A stretch of DNA of 64,000 bases. Source: Acidobacteriota bacterium (lineage in GTDB: Bacteria; Acidobacteriota; UBA6911; RPQK01; DATIPO01). Positions 63,450 to 64,000 of this stretch are shown here, one piece after another. The DNA lies in assembly GCA_035471925.1 (NCBI GenBank), contig DATIPO010000065.1, positions 9,340 to 73,339 of the forward strand. The letters run 5' to 3'. Within the stretch, counting starts at the first letter, position 1. Each line of letters opens with the position of its first letter. Below the pieces are notes generated by a model. It was not told the origin of the DNA. It was given only the letters and a program-made list of their open reading frames with translations, and searched no databases. The translations under genes were made by a program, and so were the position numbers.

Positions 63450-63915
63450 GCGAGCAGGCGGACACATCAGGGCCCGTCAGATCCTCGCCGCGGGCAACGA
63501 GGATGCCAGCCCAGCAGGCGGACACATCAATACCCATCAAGGACTCGTGTAGGCAACCAGCACGCCAGCCCAGCCGACGCGCGCACCGGTGTCAAGTCAA
63601 GTCCGGGTTCGCTGCAGGCGGGCAGTGTGCCAGCAATAGGGCGCATCAGTGCCAAGTCAAGTCCGGGCTCGCTGCAGGCGGGCAGTGTGCCAGCAATAGG
63701 GCGCATCAGTGCCAAGTCAAGTCCGGGCTCGCTGCAGGGCGGGCAGTGCGCCAGCAGAAGGGCGCATCAGTGCCAAGTCAAGTCCGGGCTCGCTGTAGGT
63801 GAGCCATATGCCAGCCCAGGGTCAGCCGCCGTCGAGCGCAGCGAGACTAAGGCGCCACCCTGGGTTCGAGCGGCGACATGCCCTAACGCTGTAAGCGTGC
63901 AATAGCGTCATCCAG
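63450..63915 (+). repeat. Structured intergenic repeat element, copy 3: ~5 tandem ~60-bp units plus the conserved terminal module
   Basis: Units ...cagtgccaagtcaagtccgggctcgctgcaggcgggcagtgtgccagcaatagggcgcat occur about 3.5 times. The terminal gctcgctgtaggtgagccatatgccagcccagggtcagcc...accctggg...taacgctgtaagcgtgcaatagcgt matches copies 1 and 2. Confidence 0.6.
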
Positions 63916-63943
63916 TGAGCGAAAACTGTTTCGCTTGCTCGCT

Positions 63944-64000
63944 TTATCCAAACAGCGTCGTGGCGATGTTGATGATGAGCAGCAGCGAGAAGCTGCCGTA
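63944..64000 (-). CDS. C-terminal end of a minus-strand (membrane?) protein gene running off the window
   Basis: Reverse-complement translation ...YGSFSLLLIINIATTLFG-stop; too short to classify. Confidence 0.35.
   Translation of the reverse strand, partial: YGSFSLLLIINIATTLFG

Noticed and set aside
1-64000. Prophage, integron or IS element
   Set aside because: No integrase, transposase, recombinase, terminal inverted repeats or phage structural genes were recognised in any frame. The accessory character of 40-54 kb rests on gene content only.

Overview
This is a 64 kb, high-GC bacterial chromosomal segment with dense coding on both strands. It carries no rRNA, CRISPR array, integrase or transposase. 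Three ADOP-type MacB/FtsX permeases with duplicated FtsX domains, two of them paired with PadR regulators, suggest an Acidobacteria-like origin; this is an inference.

Core housekeeping genes:
- a truncated MFS transporter at the left edge
- serS, galU, rpsU, uvrD/pcrA and cydAB
- a nucleoside uptake and catabolism cluster (add on the minus strand; deoA, nupC, a purine nucleoside phosphorylase, cdd and a lipoprotein amidohydrolase on the plus strand)
- tandem Hsp20 genes with conserved TTGACA promoters
- an SRAP/YedK peptidase gene followed by a SAM methyltransferase

Accessory and less ordinary content:
- a 1118-aa TolB-propeller protein fused to an amidohydrolase through an acidic linker
- an Sfp-type phosphopantetheinyl transferase
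- an SPFH protein
- a minimal nucleotidyltransferase with an overlapping small ORF
- a 4x tandem-repeat lipoprotein
- a non-canonical GspG-like pseudopilin-domain protein
- a YkvI-like membrane protein
- a secreted HExxH/HhH protein
- a DUF5011-like adhesin
- a PQQ-propeller protein

The most unusual locus is at 50.2-56.8 kb:
- a membrane-spanning CHAT (caspase-like) protease with a cytoplasmic N-terminal CHAT domain, one TM helix and a periplasmic TPR region
- a co-operonic secreted partner
- divergently, an XRE-type HTH domain encoded in frame with, and upstream of, an ADOP permease; GTTTAC/GTAAAC palindromes sit in the shared intergenic region

Downstream lie a Crp/Fnr regulator, an ECF sigma factor, a PAS/GAF HisKA_3 kinase with a NarL-type regulator, and two cytochrome P460 paralogues. 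The second P460 is fused to a Met/His-rich linker and an amicyanin-like cupredoxin.

A previously unannotated structured repeat family occupies three intergenic gaps, each between convergent gene ends. Each copy has tandem hairpin units and a conserved ~100-bp terminal module. A tRNA-like element with a defective acceptor stem, and a promoter-sORF-terminator cassette, lie at 35.3-35.8 kb.
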